Shown here piece by piece: positions 8,648 to 17,576 of a stretch of DNA of 64,000 nt. The translations under genes were made by a program, and so were the position numbers. Every line of letters starts with the position of its first letter. Within the stretch, counting starts at the first letter, position 1. Origin of the DNA: a virus. The notes beneath the pieces are model-generated. The model had not been told where the DNA came from. It was given only the letters and a program-made list of their open reading frames with translations, and did not search any database. Location: positions 29,836 to 93,835 of the IMG/VR virus record IMGVR_UViG_3300014613_004232; one strand, 5' to 3'.

Positions 8648-11600
8648 CAGCCGTTCACCTTCTCGTCAAGGTTGGCCCAGTAGGTGATGGCGTCCTGAGC
8701 CAGTTGCTCGACTTCACCGGTCAGCAGACCCGCATCGTTCAGGGCGTTCACGCAGGCCTCGATGGTCGCCAGGGTCAGGGACAGGTGGGCGGAATCGCTC
8801 TCCCCGGCCAGGATCGAGCGCAGTACGGCCACATTGCCGTCCTCGACCGCTGGGGTGGGCTCCGGCGCGGGCCCGGGTGTCGGCTCCAGCAACCACTTGA
8901 CCAGGTACTCCGGATCGGAGCCGCGCGGCGCCGGGGCGCCGTTGGGGTCCTTGACGCGCTCACCGCCCAGGTCACCGACGTAGATGATGGCCTTGCCGTC
9001 GCCGGCGATTGTCGCCACGCCGGCCTGCACGCCGTCTTTGAAGATTCGCCCCACGGCGGCCAGCTTGGCGCCGGTCTCCAGCCGGTCGAGCGCTGCCGTC
9101 GCACCGCCCACCCCCTCCTCGGGGACTGAGTCGACCGAGTCGAACGCGGCGACTTCTTCCACATCCCAGGAGACGGATGCGCCGCGCGCCTTGGCGGCTT
9201 CGTCGATGGCCTTGGCCGTCGCGAACATGCTGTAGTCCGGATCGGCGACCGTCTCGGCGATGTACTGCTTGAAGCGATCGGTCGCCTGGCCGAAGCGGTA
9301 GGCCTCGTCCACCTTCTGGGCAGGCGTGAGCTCGCCGGCGGTCTCGGCGACCTCTTCCTGGTCGGCCAGGTCATCGACTTCCTGACCGTCCGCGCCCATG
9401 ACCTTGAGCACGTAGAAGTTCAGCACTTCAACGCCGGCCAGGACCCCAGCATCGTCCAGGGCCACCTCGTGTTTGACGGCGGATCCGTCCTGTGCCACAC
9501 TTTGGCCGTCTCCAGCCGATTCGTCGGCGGAGTCCAAGGCCGGATCGGTCGGGCTTTCTCCCGACTTAACGATCCGGCTTTGTTTTTTGGCGAGCAAGGC
9601 GGACGGCGAATCGGACAGGTTGTACATGAAGCGGCCGTGCTCCATCTCGGCCAGGCTGACACCCACTTCCACCGACAGCCCGCCTACGCTCACCCAACCC
9701 ACCAGGTGGTGGAAGGCGCTGGCGCTGTCAGGGCGTGTTTTGTCGGTGGACTCCGTCCCGACGTGGTACCCCTTGCGCAGCAGATTCGGGATTGCAGCCA
9801 GCAACTTGACCCGCAACAGGTTGTAGGTCAGACCGCGCTTGACCTTGCCCCAGGACACACTGCCGTTGACCTTGATGTCGCCGATTGAGGTGTGCTTGTA
9901 GGTGTTGCCCTGCAATTCGCTGCGGAAATACTCTCGCGCGGCGTCGAAGACCTGCTTGTGCGCCGGGATCGGCTCGCCATCGTCATCGGTGGGGCGAATG
10001 CGGGAAAGCACCTCGGTACCGTCCAGTGTGGCGAGGACGGTGGTGGGCACGCCAGCCAGGGGGTTGTTCGGGTCGGGCAAGGCCGAGACAGGCTGCACCT
10101 CGGTGGCTTCACCCACCACTTCGCCCGGAACAACGATCGGATCTGGCTTGGATGCCTCGGCGTTCTCCTTGCGTTCGGTCCAGCCGGCGATCCACTGCTG
10201 AGCCTCTTCTTCGCTGAGCCCGGCCGGGGGGATCTCCGACTCTCCCCGATGCCATGCCTTCTGGCCTTGCGTGAAGGGGTCGAACTTGGAGCGCGCCAGA
10301 GTCATCGCCTCGGGGCCCACGATTCCCTCGACCAGCATGCCGAGGTCAAGCGCCTCGCGCGTCGAGAGGTCGAACTCAGCCATCATCTTCGCGCGGCGGT
10401 CGGAATAGGCGGCGTAGCCCTCGCTCGTCAGCACCTGGGCCAGTTCCTGGGCCATGGATTGAGGGTTCTTCTCACCCTCGGACGCGGCCGGGACAACAGG
10501 GGCGATGATGGCCGGCACCGCGGCGCCAGGTCCGAAGACTTCGTGGAGTTTCCGGGGGTAGACGATCGGGTACTTCGAGCCCCCGTCCGACACACGGAAG
10601 CCAGCCGCAGCCCCGAGAGACGCCCGAATGGCGTTTCGAGAAACCCCCATGTAGTCCACGAGGAACTGACCTACGGCGGACTGATCCACGTAGGCGTGCT
10701 GAGGCTGCAGTCCGAAGAGGTCGCGCAACTCAACATCGGTCGGTTGCACGCCCTGTTTCAGCTTCTCGGCCACGGCCTTCGCAAGCGCATCGCGCTGCAG
10801 GGCAAGCTCGGCGCCATCGGCTGCTTGCTTCAGGAATAGCGCCAACGAGGCGGCGGCCTCATCGATCGAATCGGCCAGATTGCCCTGGTTGCCCTGCGCC
10901 CTCGCGATCCACTTGCCTGAACCCAGGGAACCTTTGCCAGGCAAGATTTCGGTGTCAGCCGGCAGCCCGTGCTTATCGATCGCAGCGCTCATCTCGGCGG
11001 CGTTCGCGTCCGCACCAGATTGAGGGGGGACAGGGGTGATCTCGCCATCGCCCTTGGCGATCCGGGCCACCTCAACGTCGTCCTTGAGTTTCGCGAGCTC
11101 GGCCTCCAGGACTGGGATCTCGGCGTCGATCGCGGCATGCTGGGCGGCCAGGTCGGCCGCGCGGGCGTTCGCGCGCTTGAAGGCCTCGGAGTTCTTGTCG
11201 GCCAACTTCATCACGCGGCGGGCCACCTCGCGGGCGGGGATGTCGCGGCCACGCTCAGGGGCGGCCCAGATGGTGATGTCCTTCTTGTTGAGCATCCACT
11301 TCCAGGACACCAGTTCGTCCATGGGGGTGAGCTTGGCGGGCGTGGTGTCGGGGTTGTGGAACCACACGGTGACCGCCTGGCCGTCGTTCATGGCGAAGAC
11401 CACGGCAATCTGCATGGTGCCCCGCATCTTCACGGGGTCGGCGATGGTGAAGTCCACAGGCTGCACGACCGCGGCCGAGGCCTTCATGACGTTGAGCAAC
11501 TGCTCCATCTTGCGCTGCAGCATGCCGACCTCGACCACCATGGCATCCATGACTGCGCGGCCCTCGATGTCGGGGTCGGTCATCAAGTCGTCGACGGTGC

Positions 11601-12264
11601 AGGCGTCCAGCAGCAGCCCTCCGTCGTCGGCCAGCCGCATGTCGTAGATCAGGCGGGACAAGGGCTTGCTGGTGGGCAGGGCGTCAGCGCCCCATGCGAC
11701 TTGATCCATGGTTTTTTCACCTTCGTGGGGGAGTTGGTCAGGGGTGATGGCCACGGCCTTGTTGCCATGGCGCAGCCACCACTTGAGTTGATCGATCGAC
11801 AGGGGGACGATGGAGCGCAGGCCGCGCCAGCCCTTGTCGTAGGAGTGCAGGTAGCCGTCTCGGGCCTGGGCTTCAGTCGCGAAGCCGACCATGACCTTGT
11901 GCTCGTCAAAGCCGCCCTTGGCGTCGCCCTGGTTGATCACCCAGGCGCGCGTCGACTCGGGGAACGGCCCCAGGAAGATGTCGACCGCGTCGCCGTCGGC
12001 GCCTCGGGTGCCGGCGATGTAGCCGTAGTGGGCGGCCATGCGGTTTGACCAGGTCTTGCCATCCGGGCTTGTGCCGCTGCGCACGCTTCCGCGCACGTTC
12101 TCGACGCGAACGTCCAGGCCCTGAATTCGGGCACGCCCCATCTTGTAGTTCCCGGCGACCGACTGGGCCGGAGTTGGCAGCGGTCGGCAGTTGTTGCCGG
12201 TGGCGGCTTCATTGGCGGCCCGCTCCAGTTCGGAGAAGGCGCAGGGCGTCGTGTGTTTGTGCAT
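8647..12264 (-). CDS. darA: DarA-like polyvalent protein: N-terminal inorganic pyrophosphatase-like (InPase) domain, DarA_N, LPD3-like and DarA_C domains
   Basis: GNYKMG...HYGYI.GT.GADGDAVD...FDEHKV (InPase); DGQAVTVWFHNPD...WKWMLNKKDIT..APERG (DarA_N); C-terminal helical DarA_C-like tail. Confidence 0.8.
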   Translation of the reverse strand: MHKHTTPCAFSELERAANEAATGNNCRPLPTPAQSVAGNYKMGRARIQGLDVRVENVRGSVRSGTSPDGKTWSNRMAAHYGYIAGTRGADGDAVDIFLGPFPESTRAWVINQGDAKGGFDEHKVMVGFATEAQARDGYLHSYDKGWRGLRSIVPLSIDQLKWWLRHGNKAVAITPDQLPHEGEKTMDQVAWGADALPTSKPLSRLIYDMRLADDGGLLLDACTVDDLMTDPDIEGRAVMDAMVVEVGMLQRKMEQLLNVMKASAAVVQPVDFTIADPVKMRGTMQIAVVFAMNDGQAVTVWFHNPDTTPAKLTPMDELVSWKWMLNKKDITIWAAPERGRDIPAREVARRVMKLADKNSEAFKRANARAADLAAQHAAIDAEIPVLEAELAKLKDDVEVARIAKGDGEITPVPPQSGADANAAEMSAAIDKHGLPADTEILPGKGSLGSGKWIARAQGNQGNLADSIDEAAASLALFLKQAADGAELALQRDALAKAVAEKLKQGVQPTDVELRDLFGLQPQHAYVDQSAVGQFLVDYMGVSRNAIRASLGAAAGFRVSDGGSKYPIVYPRKLHEVFGPGAAVPAIIAPVVPAASEGEKNPQSMAQELAQVLTSEGYAAYSDRRAKMMAEFDLSTREALDLGMLVEGIVGPEAMTLARSKFDPFTQGQKAWHRGESEIPPAGLSEEEAQQWIAGWTERKENAEASKPDPIVVPGEVVGEATEVQPVSALPDPNNPLAGVPTTVLATLDGTEVLSRIRPTDDDGEPIPAHKQVFDAAREYFRSELQGNTYKHTSIGDIKVNGSVSWGKVKRGLTYNLLRVKLLAAIPNLLRKGYHVGTESTDKTRPDSASAFHHLVGWVSVGGLSVEVGVSLAEMEHGRFMYNLSDSPSALLAKKQSRIVKSGESPTDPALDSADESAGDGQSVAQDGSAVKHEVALDDAGVLAGVEVLNFYVLKVMGADGQEVDDLADQEEVAETAGELTPAQKVDEAYRFGQATDRFKQYIAETVADPDYSMFATAKAIDEAAKARGASVSWDVEEVAAFDSVDSVPEEGVGGATAALDRLETGAKLAAVGRIFKDGVQAGVATIAGDGKAIIYVGDLGGERVKDPNGAPAPRGSDPEYLVKWLLEPTPGPAPEPTPAVEDGNVAVLRSILAGESDSAHLSLTLATIEACVNALNDAGLLTGEVEQLAQDAITYWANLDEKVNG

Positions 12265-12287
12265 GGCGGGCGCTTTTGTGCCCGCGC

Positions 12288-12328
12288 ATGATCTTGTCGG
12301 CCGCCGGCGCCCTACCCGCCTCTTTTCC
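12288..12328 (-). promoter_or_regulatory. Putative late promoter of darA operon
   Basis: ATCGGAAAAG, 29 nt, GATCAT. Confidence 0.6.
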
Positions 12329-12330
12329 GA

Positions 12331-12521
12331 TTACGGCGACCCGATCGCCTTGATGCGAGAGACAGCCTCGCTGAAGATGCTCTCGGCCGCGGCGTCATCG
12401 ACTGCCTCCTGAATTCGGTACTTGGCGGTCAGGCGGATCCGGGCGATTTCCGAAAACCCGCTACGGTCAATCGCTGCGGGCAATGCCGCACTCAAGCCGA
12501 TCGCAAGGACAACTCGTCCGG
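12331..12521 (-). pseudogene. Possible 3' remnant of a displaced tail-assembly gene
   Basis: Open frame ...IARIRLTAKYRIQEAVDDAAAESIFSEAVSRIKAIGSP* without a credible start, just after the tailspike. Confidence 0.3.
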
Positions 12522-14972
12522 CTACAGCCTGTTGTCCCGGGCGACATATCCAACCGGTGCCGCCGTCACGTTTTGACTTATCGGCATGGCAATGCCCGGA
12601 AACTTGCAATCGACAATCGCGAGGGCAGAGACCCGGTACGGCGAGATTGCCGCAGCCCCCACGCCAACATGGTTGTCCGTGTTTGGCGCTGGCGTGAATG
12701 TCAGGTCAACCAACTTTGCCGTGTTGTTGGCCACCTCGATGTTCCCTAGGCCGACCACGGTGGCGTTGCCGAGACCGACCAATTCGCCAGTCAACTTTCG
12801 CAGTCCGAACGACGAATCCCCGTAGACGCGCCGGATGTAGTAGTAGCCGTCAAGCGTGCCGGTGCTCAGCACGTTGTTGTAGATGCGGACAATCTGCCCC
12901 GCCTTCCAGTTGCCGTGCGCAACCTGAAACACCGAGTTCTCTGATCCGGAGATGGCAGCGATGTTTCGGGGGTGTAGGGAGTTTCCGTTGACGGGGAACG
13001 AGACACCCGATACGCCAGGCGGAATGTTTTCGATTGCCCCGGTAACAAGGGTGTCGGCTGAGTTTGAAAGCATCACGGGAGACATGCTTGCGTTGAACTC
13101 AGGCCCGCACACCATCCTGCAAGCAATCGTGTTCCCCTTCGACAACTGAATTGCCGAGTCGTTTGAAACAAGTCCCCCTCCGGCAGGCACCAGCGGGAAG
13201 TAGCTTCGCAGCGTGATGCCCTCGCTGTCGGAGATCCAGAAGGAACGAAAGCGCGTTGCGGCTCCCGTTGTATCGTTGATCCTGATGTGACCGGTGATTT
13301 CAGCGCTCTTCCCAGCCACCGATTTGACGCCGTATGCGTTCACGCCGTCATGCTGCATGAATAGCTGCAAGGTGCAGCCGGCACCAGACCCACCGGTGGG
13401 CGAATTCGGGGTTGCAGGCAATACGCTGTACTCGCCTTCGTCCAGCCGGCGAACCGCTTGGACAGCCCCATTGGCGTCTACCTGGGTCACGAGAAACTTC
13501 GCTTGACGCACGTATGTGCCACCAGCCGGGTTGATCTCGTCGCCAACGGCGTAGCCGACTCCAGATCCGACAGCGACGAGGAGGCCGGTTGTCCACGGGT
13601 TGTAGCCCGTCGTGTTCAGTGGAGCGCTATCGCGATATGCAATGTCGCTAAGCTGGAACGTGTTGGCCGTCAGGTTCGCAGGCATGACCTGATAGAACCC
13701 GTTGAGTGCGTTCATGCCACCGATCGCAGGAATCAGGTGCACGACCTTGCCGGCAGTCAGCCCGTGATTGTTCAGCGTGACCACGGCAGCGGCGGCCTGG
13801 GTAACAGCAGTCGGGCTGCCAACAATGACACCGGACACAGCATCCCAGACTGCATTGCCCGCAGTGCCGACTTCAAGGTCAGCGTGGATGCGAATAGCTC
13901 GAAGATCGTCTGGGTTGCGGAAGCCAGCAGCTGCATGAGAGAAGATCGACACACCACCGTTTCTAAGCAAGCCAGACTTGCCGGACACCTGCACGTCGAC
14001 GTTCTGCACGCGCCCGGTCTTGGTGTAGTTTTCCGGTGCGCCTGAGAACGCTTTTGTGACCGGCGTGTAGACCTTGATCGCAGCGCCACGCGCGGAAACG
14101 CAAGTGATGTTGCGGGCAATGAAGTAATCAAGCCCCTGGTCGTCCATGTACAGAGCTGACCGAACGCGGTCGTCACCGGCCGCAAGCGCGTCGTCTCCCG
14201 CCTCGATGTACCAGTTGTCCCAAACGCAGCCACCGTACTGCCAGTGGGCTCCGTCCTGGTACAAGCCGGCCTGGCCAAGGATCCGGCCGTTGAGCATGCG
14301 AGCGTAGCCGCCGCCGCGCGTGGCCCAGTTTCGCGACCACTGCGATGTGATCAGCGTCAGGCCGTCAGCCACGAAGTTGCGGACGTTGTAAAGATCCAGG
14401 ACGGCAAGCGTGTCCTGGTTGTTGGCGTCCAGAACCCCGTTGCGCACAGTGATATTGTCGGCATTGCCGTACCAGGTGTTGCCAGTCTTCTTGAGCTCAG
14501 CACACAGGATTGAGCCGCGCGCTGTGAGCGCGCCAGCCCCGCTATAGTCGGCATTGCGGATCTTTTTCAGCGTGGAGCCGTTTAGATCAATGTCAATGTT
14601 TGAACGGACAAATAGGCCATCAACTAAGTACGTACCGTTGACTGGAAGCACAACCTTCAACTGACGCTTTGCTACCCTCGCAGAAGCCGACATATCGTCG
14701 ATGAACTCTTGCAGGATCGCCGTATCGTTTCCTCCGGACTCTGCGGGCCCCATATACGGGCCATAGTTGTTCCCTCCGACGCCTGGCTGGTTGGGCCGGA
14801 AGTCCTCCATGATGACCAATGGCGTTGCGCGGATCAAGCGCCCATCTTCATCGATGTAGTCCGTTTTCGATCCGGCCGTCTGAGACTGGAGCGTGCGATC
14901 GCCGATGATCACAACCGGGACTGCTGTGATTTCCTGTCCATCGACGTCGACATATTGAATGAGGCTGCTCAT
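12522..14972 (-). CDS. Tailspike/depolymerase-like beta-helix protein
   Basis: NDTAILQEFID...GTYLVDGL..SNIDIDLNGSTL, NITVRNGVLDAN, GDDALA (pectate-lyase-like beta-helix); Gly/Asn/Thr rich; lower GC than flanks. Confidence 0.7.
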   Translation of the reverse strand: MSSLIQYVDVDGQEITAVPVVIIGDRTLQSQTAGSKTDYIDEDGRLIRATPLVIMEDFRPNQPGVGGNNYGPYMGPAESGGNDTAILQEFIDDMSASARVAKRQLKVVLPVNGTYLVDGLFVRSNIDIDLNGSTLKKIRNADYSGAGALTARGSILCAELKKTGNTWYGNADNITVRNGVLDANNQDTLAVLDLYNVRNFVADGLTLITSQWSRNWATRGGGYARMLNGRILGQAGLYQDGAHWQYGGCVWDNWYIEAGDDALAAGDDRVRSALYMDDQGLDYFIARNITCVSARGAAIKVYTPVTKAFSGAPENYTKTGRVQNVDVQVSGKSGLLRNGGVSIFSHAAAGFRNPDDLRAIRIHADLEVGTAGNAVWDAVSGVIVGSPTAVTQAAAAVVTLNNHGLTAGKVVHLIPAIGGMNALNGFYQVMPANLTANTFQLSDIAYRDSAPLNTTGYNPWTTGLLVAVGSGVGYAVGDEINPAGGTYVRQAKFLVTQVDANGAVQAVRRLDEGEYSVLPATPNSPTGGSGAGCTLQLFMQHDGVNAYGVKSVAGKSAEITGHIRINDTTGAATRFRSFWISDSEGITLRSYFPLVPAGGGLVSNDSAIQLSKGNTIACRMVCGPEFNASMSPVMLSNSADTLVTGAIENIPPGVSGVSFPVNGNSLHPRNIAAISGSENSVFQVAHGNWKAGQIVRIYNNVLSTGTLDGYYYIRRVYGDSSFGLRKLTGELVGLGNATVVGLGNIEVANNTAKLVDLTFTPAPNTDNHVGVGAAAISPYRVSALAIVDCKFPGIAMPISQNVTAAPVGYVARDNRL

Positions 14973-14997
14973 GGCATGGGAGGCTAGTTGCCACGCC

Positions 14998-15037
14998 AGT
15001 CTGCAATCTCAGTTTCCACGAGAACCTCTCGGTTTCC
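14998..15037 (-). promoter_or_regulatory. Putative late promoter of tailspike
   Basis: TTTCGGAAACCG, 28 nt, CAGACT. Confidence 0.5.
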
Positions 15038-15050
15038 GAAATCATCAACC

Positions 15051-15566
15051 TCAACTTGGTAGGATCGGCTCAAGCGCGTGCAGATCGTCGCGAGGCTGCA
15101 GGAGGTACTTCCGGGTGTAGGGCGGGATGAGCACGTTGCCCACCACGTCCTCAACCGTGAAGGCCATCACCACGCCCAAACCCACCTTGAGGGCGATGAG
15201 GTCCTGGTTGTCCGGCTCGAAGAACTCAGGCGTGCCCGGCTTTGCAAGGCATGCAATCTGGGCCTCCTGCATGGCCGCCTCCGGGGCGTTGTCCCGGTCG
15301 TTGATCGATGCCGGCTGCTGGATGCCAGCGAAAAGCAGTTTCGCCTCTCCGACCAGCACGTAGTCGAACTCGGCTTCGTCCTCGTTCTTGAGCACGCCCA
15401 TGCCGCCCAGCGTCGGCGCTCCGCCCATCTCACTCGCGCCGCCACCTGGTGCGGGCTCGGTGCGAAGCACCCGCTTTCGGTAGACGTCGCAACCCATGGC
15501 GTTCGGGTGGTTGAGCACCACCTGCCGGATGTTGTGGCTGGCGCCGAGTGGCACGTTCGTGAGCAT
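15051..15566 (-). CDS. Virion structural protein (possible P1 gp7-like neck/head-closure protein)
   Basis: AAGGAGG RBS; position among P1-like tail genes. Confidence 0.5.
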   Translation of the reverse strand: MLTNVPLGASHNIRQVVLNHPNAMGCDVYRKRVLRTEPAPGGGASEMGGAPTLGGMGVLKNEDEAEFDYVLVGEAKLLFAGIQQPASINDRDNAPEAAMQEAQIACLAKPGTPEFFEPDNQDLIALKVGLGVVMAFTVEDVVGNVLIPPYTRKYLLQPRDDLHALEPILPS

Positions 15567-15576
15567 GATTCCTCCT

Positions 15577-16599
15577 TCAGGGTTTGACCTTGGCGAGCAT
15601 CGCCGCCAGTTGCTTCTGAGACAGCAACCCCATGGCGGCCAGCTTCTTGGCGTTGGCCTCGAAGTCCCGGCGGGCGCGCGCCAACTTGGCAGGGTTGATG
15701 TTGGCCGCCCCGGCCTTGGTCGACGTCGCCTGGATGGCCTTGGCCCGTGCCAGGCGCTGCGCCCGCTCGGTGGAGCTCTCCACTTGGTTGCGCTTCCAGT
15801 TTGCCTCCTTGGACTGCCGGTCGGCGATTTCCTGGGCCTCCTTGAGGCTCAAGACTTTTGCTTTACGTTGGACCTCCCCCCGTCCCTTCTCGATCCAGTC
15901 GGCCAGCCGGATGCGAACCGCCGGCGAGCTCAGCGTCTGCATGACCCGCAGCACGTGCTTGCAGGCCACCCCTACCAGGTGTGGATTCCGCTCCTTGGGA
16001 TAGCCCGTCTCGTCTCGGCCGGCGTTGAACTTGCCGATGGTGGCGATGTAGCGGAAGAAGTAGGTGTGCCGGCCGCAGTCGCAGTCGAACTTCAGCGGCC
16101 CGGTGGCCACGAACTTCGCCATGTCGGCCGGCTTGGAAGGGCTGGAGATGGCCGCGGACCAGTTGAGGAGGTCGACCTTCACGTGGTGTCGGGTGACCTC
16201 GCTCTCCGGCCCGGCATTGGTGACGAAGTGGATCAGCCCGCCCAAAGACTGCAGGGGCACAGCCGTGCGGATCTGCACGTTCGCCCTGTCGCGGTCACCT
16301 GGCAGCGAGTGATCGATCACCGACTTCGCCGTGATCCCGCCCTTGAACTGCTTGCCAGCCGTCTTGACGTTCGCCCTGAAGGTGCGCAGGTCCTCCAGAG
16401 TGATGTTTCGGACCTGACCGCCCAGGGTGGTCTGGAGCATGCGCCCGGCGTCGTACTCCCCCGACACCTCGGCCGGGTTGAGGATCGTGGCCGCCCGCTC
16501 CCGCCTGGCGACGTCGCCCAGGTAGCGCCCGCGCGCCTCCTTGTTGGCGCCGCGAAGGTTCTTCAGGGCCGCCGGCGAGGCCTTAGATTTCGTTGGCAT
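15577..16599 (-). CDS. P1 gp25-like tail protein with SWIM-type zinc finger
   Basis: FDCDCGRH.YFFRYIAT...RNPHLVGVACKHVL. Confidence 0.7.
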   Translation of the reverse strand: MPTKSKASPAALKNLRGANKEARGRYLGDVARRERAATILNPAEVSGEYDAGRMLQTTLGGQVRNITLEDLRTFRANVKTAGKQFKGGITAKSVIDHSLPGDRDRANVQIRTAVPLQSLGGLIHFVTNAGPESEVTRHHVKVDLLNWSAAISSPSKPADMAKFVATGPLKFDCDCGRHTYFFRYIATIGKFNAGRDETGYPKERNPHLVGVACKHVLRVMQTLSSPAVRIRLADWIEKGRGEVQRKAKVLSLKEAQEIADRQSKEANWKRNQVESSTERAQRLARAKAIQATSTKAGAANINPAKLARARRDFEANAKKLAAMGLLSQKQLAAMLAKVKP

Positions 16600-16873
16600 C
16601 GAATCCGGCCCGCAACTTCATGGCCCGAAGCTGATCCGGGGTCGGCAGGACCAGGGTTCGCTCGGACATGGGGGTCTCAGGGGAGTCAAGCCCGGCAGCG
16701 GCCTGAATCACCAGGCTCTCATCCCAGGTCCCATACACCCTCTTCGAGACCAGGGGCAGATTCGCACGCTCATCCGGCAGCGTGGGGTACCGGATGGCTG
16801 CGCCCCAGGCGGGCGTCTGCTGGGCGAACCGACGCACCAAGCCAAAGAGCATGTTGCGCGAGAAGTCCCTCAT
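16583..16873 (-). CDS. P1 gp26-like LysM-type baseplate protein
   Basis: YPTLPDE...LVSKRVYG.....VIQAAAGLD....LVLP. Confidence 0.65.
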   Translation of the reverse strand: MRDFSRNMLFGLVRRFAQQTPAWGAAIRYPTLPDERANLPLVSKRVYGTWDESLVIQAAAGLDSPETPMSERTLVLPTPDQLRAMKLRAGFDANEI

Positions 16874-17574
16874 TCGACGGCGCCCTGCTCATCCCAGACG
16901 ATGGCCTGGACTCCCTCAGCCGAAGTGGCGGCAGCGATCTGCGCTTCAAGAATGCCCTTGCGCTGCAGCTTGGCCAGCGTGGCAGCGTAGGCGTCCATGC
17001 CCACCTTGCGGATCTGCTCGGACGTATGGAGTTGATAGGACCATTGGCCCTCGCCATCCCGGCACCAGAAAGGAGCGCGCCACGCGGGGTCGATGTCCGC
17101 GATCTCTCGGGCCACAGAAACGGAGGCCTGCAGGTTGGCCTGGTCGGTGAGCTTGCATGGGTAGAAAAACTCCTCACCCAGGGCATCGGACGGGAACCCG
17201 GCCACGATTGCGGCCTCGCAGTCGGCCACGATATCGGCGATGCGCTTGGTCTTGACGTCGCTCAGGCTTGGGCCAGGGTCTGCGTCGAGCGCGCCGGCGG
17301 GCGGCTCGATGCCGGCCCGCTTGATCTCATGGCGACTGCGGTCAGCCAGCCAGTAGACATGGCCTGTCCAGTCGGGGATCACCTCCCAGGCGGTGCGCTC
17401 GGGATTGATCTTCGCGATCTCCCTGGGGCCGGTGGGTGGCGGAGCGAACTTGACCGAGTTGACGGGGTAGGTCCATTGGTCCTCAGTGAAAGGGACCAAG
17501 TAGGAGTCATCCAACTCCAGCGGTCCGGTGCTGAGGTCGTCGTGATCGAAGGTATGAACGATGGGATTGGTCAT
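16870..17574 (-). CDS. Tail fibre assembly chaperone with DUF4376-like C-terminus
   Basis: WEVIPDWTGHVYW (Tfa-like), GF.SDALG...Y.....DQANL...HT.EQI..VG.D. Confidence 0.75.
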   Translation of the reverse strand: MTNPIVHTFDHDDLSTGPLELDDSYLVPFTEDQWTYPVNSVKFAPPPTGPREIAKINPERTAWEVIPDWTGHVYWLADRSRHEIKRAGIEPPAGALDADPGPSLSDVKTKRIADIVADCEAAIVAGFPSDALGEEFFYPCKLTDQANLQASVSVAREIADIDPAWRAPFWCRDGEGQWSYQLHTSEQIRKVGMDAYAATLAKLQRKGILEAQIAAATSAEGVQAIVWDEQGAVE

Positions 17575-17576
17575 GA

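Noticed and set aside
12411-12451. Additional GGAAA boxes (12446, 15012, within the tRNA-Arg D-loop, and intragenic copies)
   Set aside because: No -10-like hexamer at the 28-29 nt spacing where checked, or located inside genes
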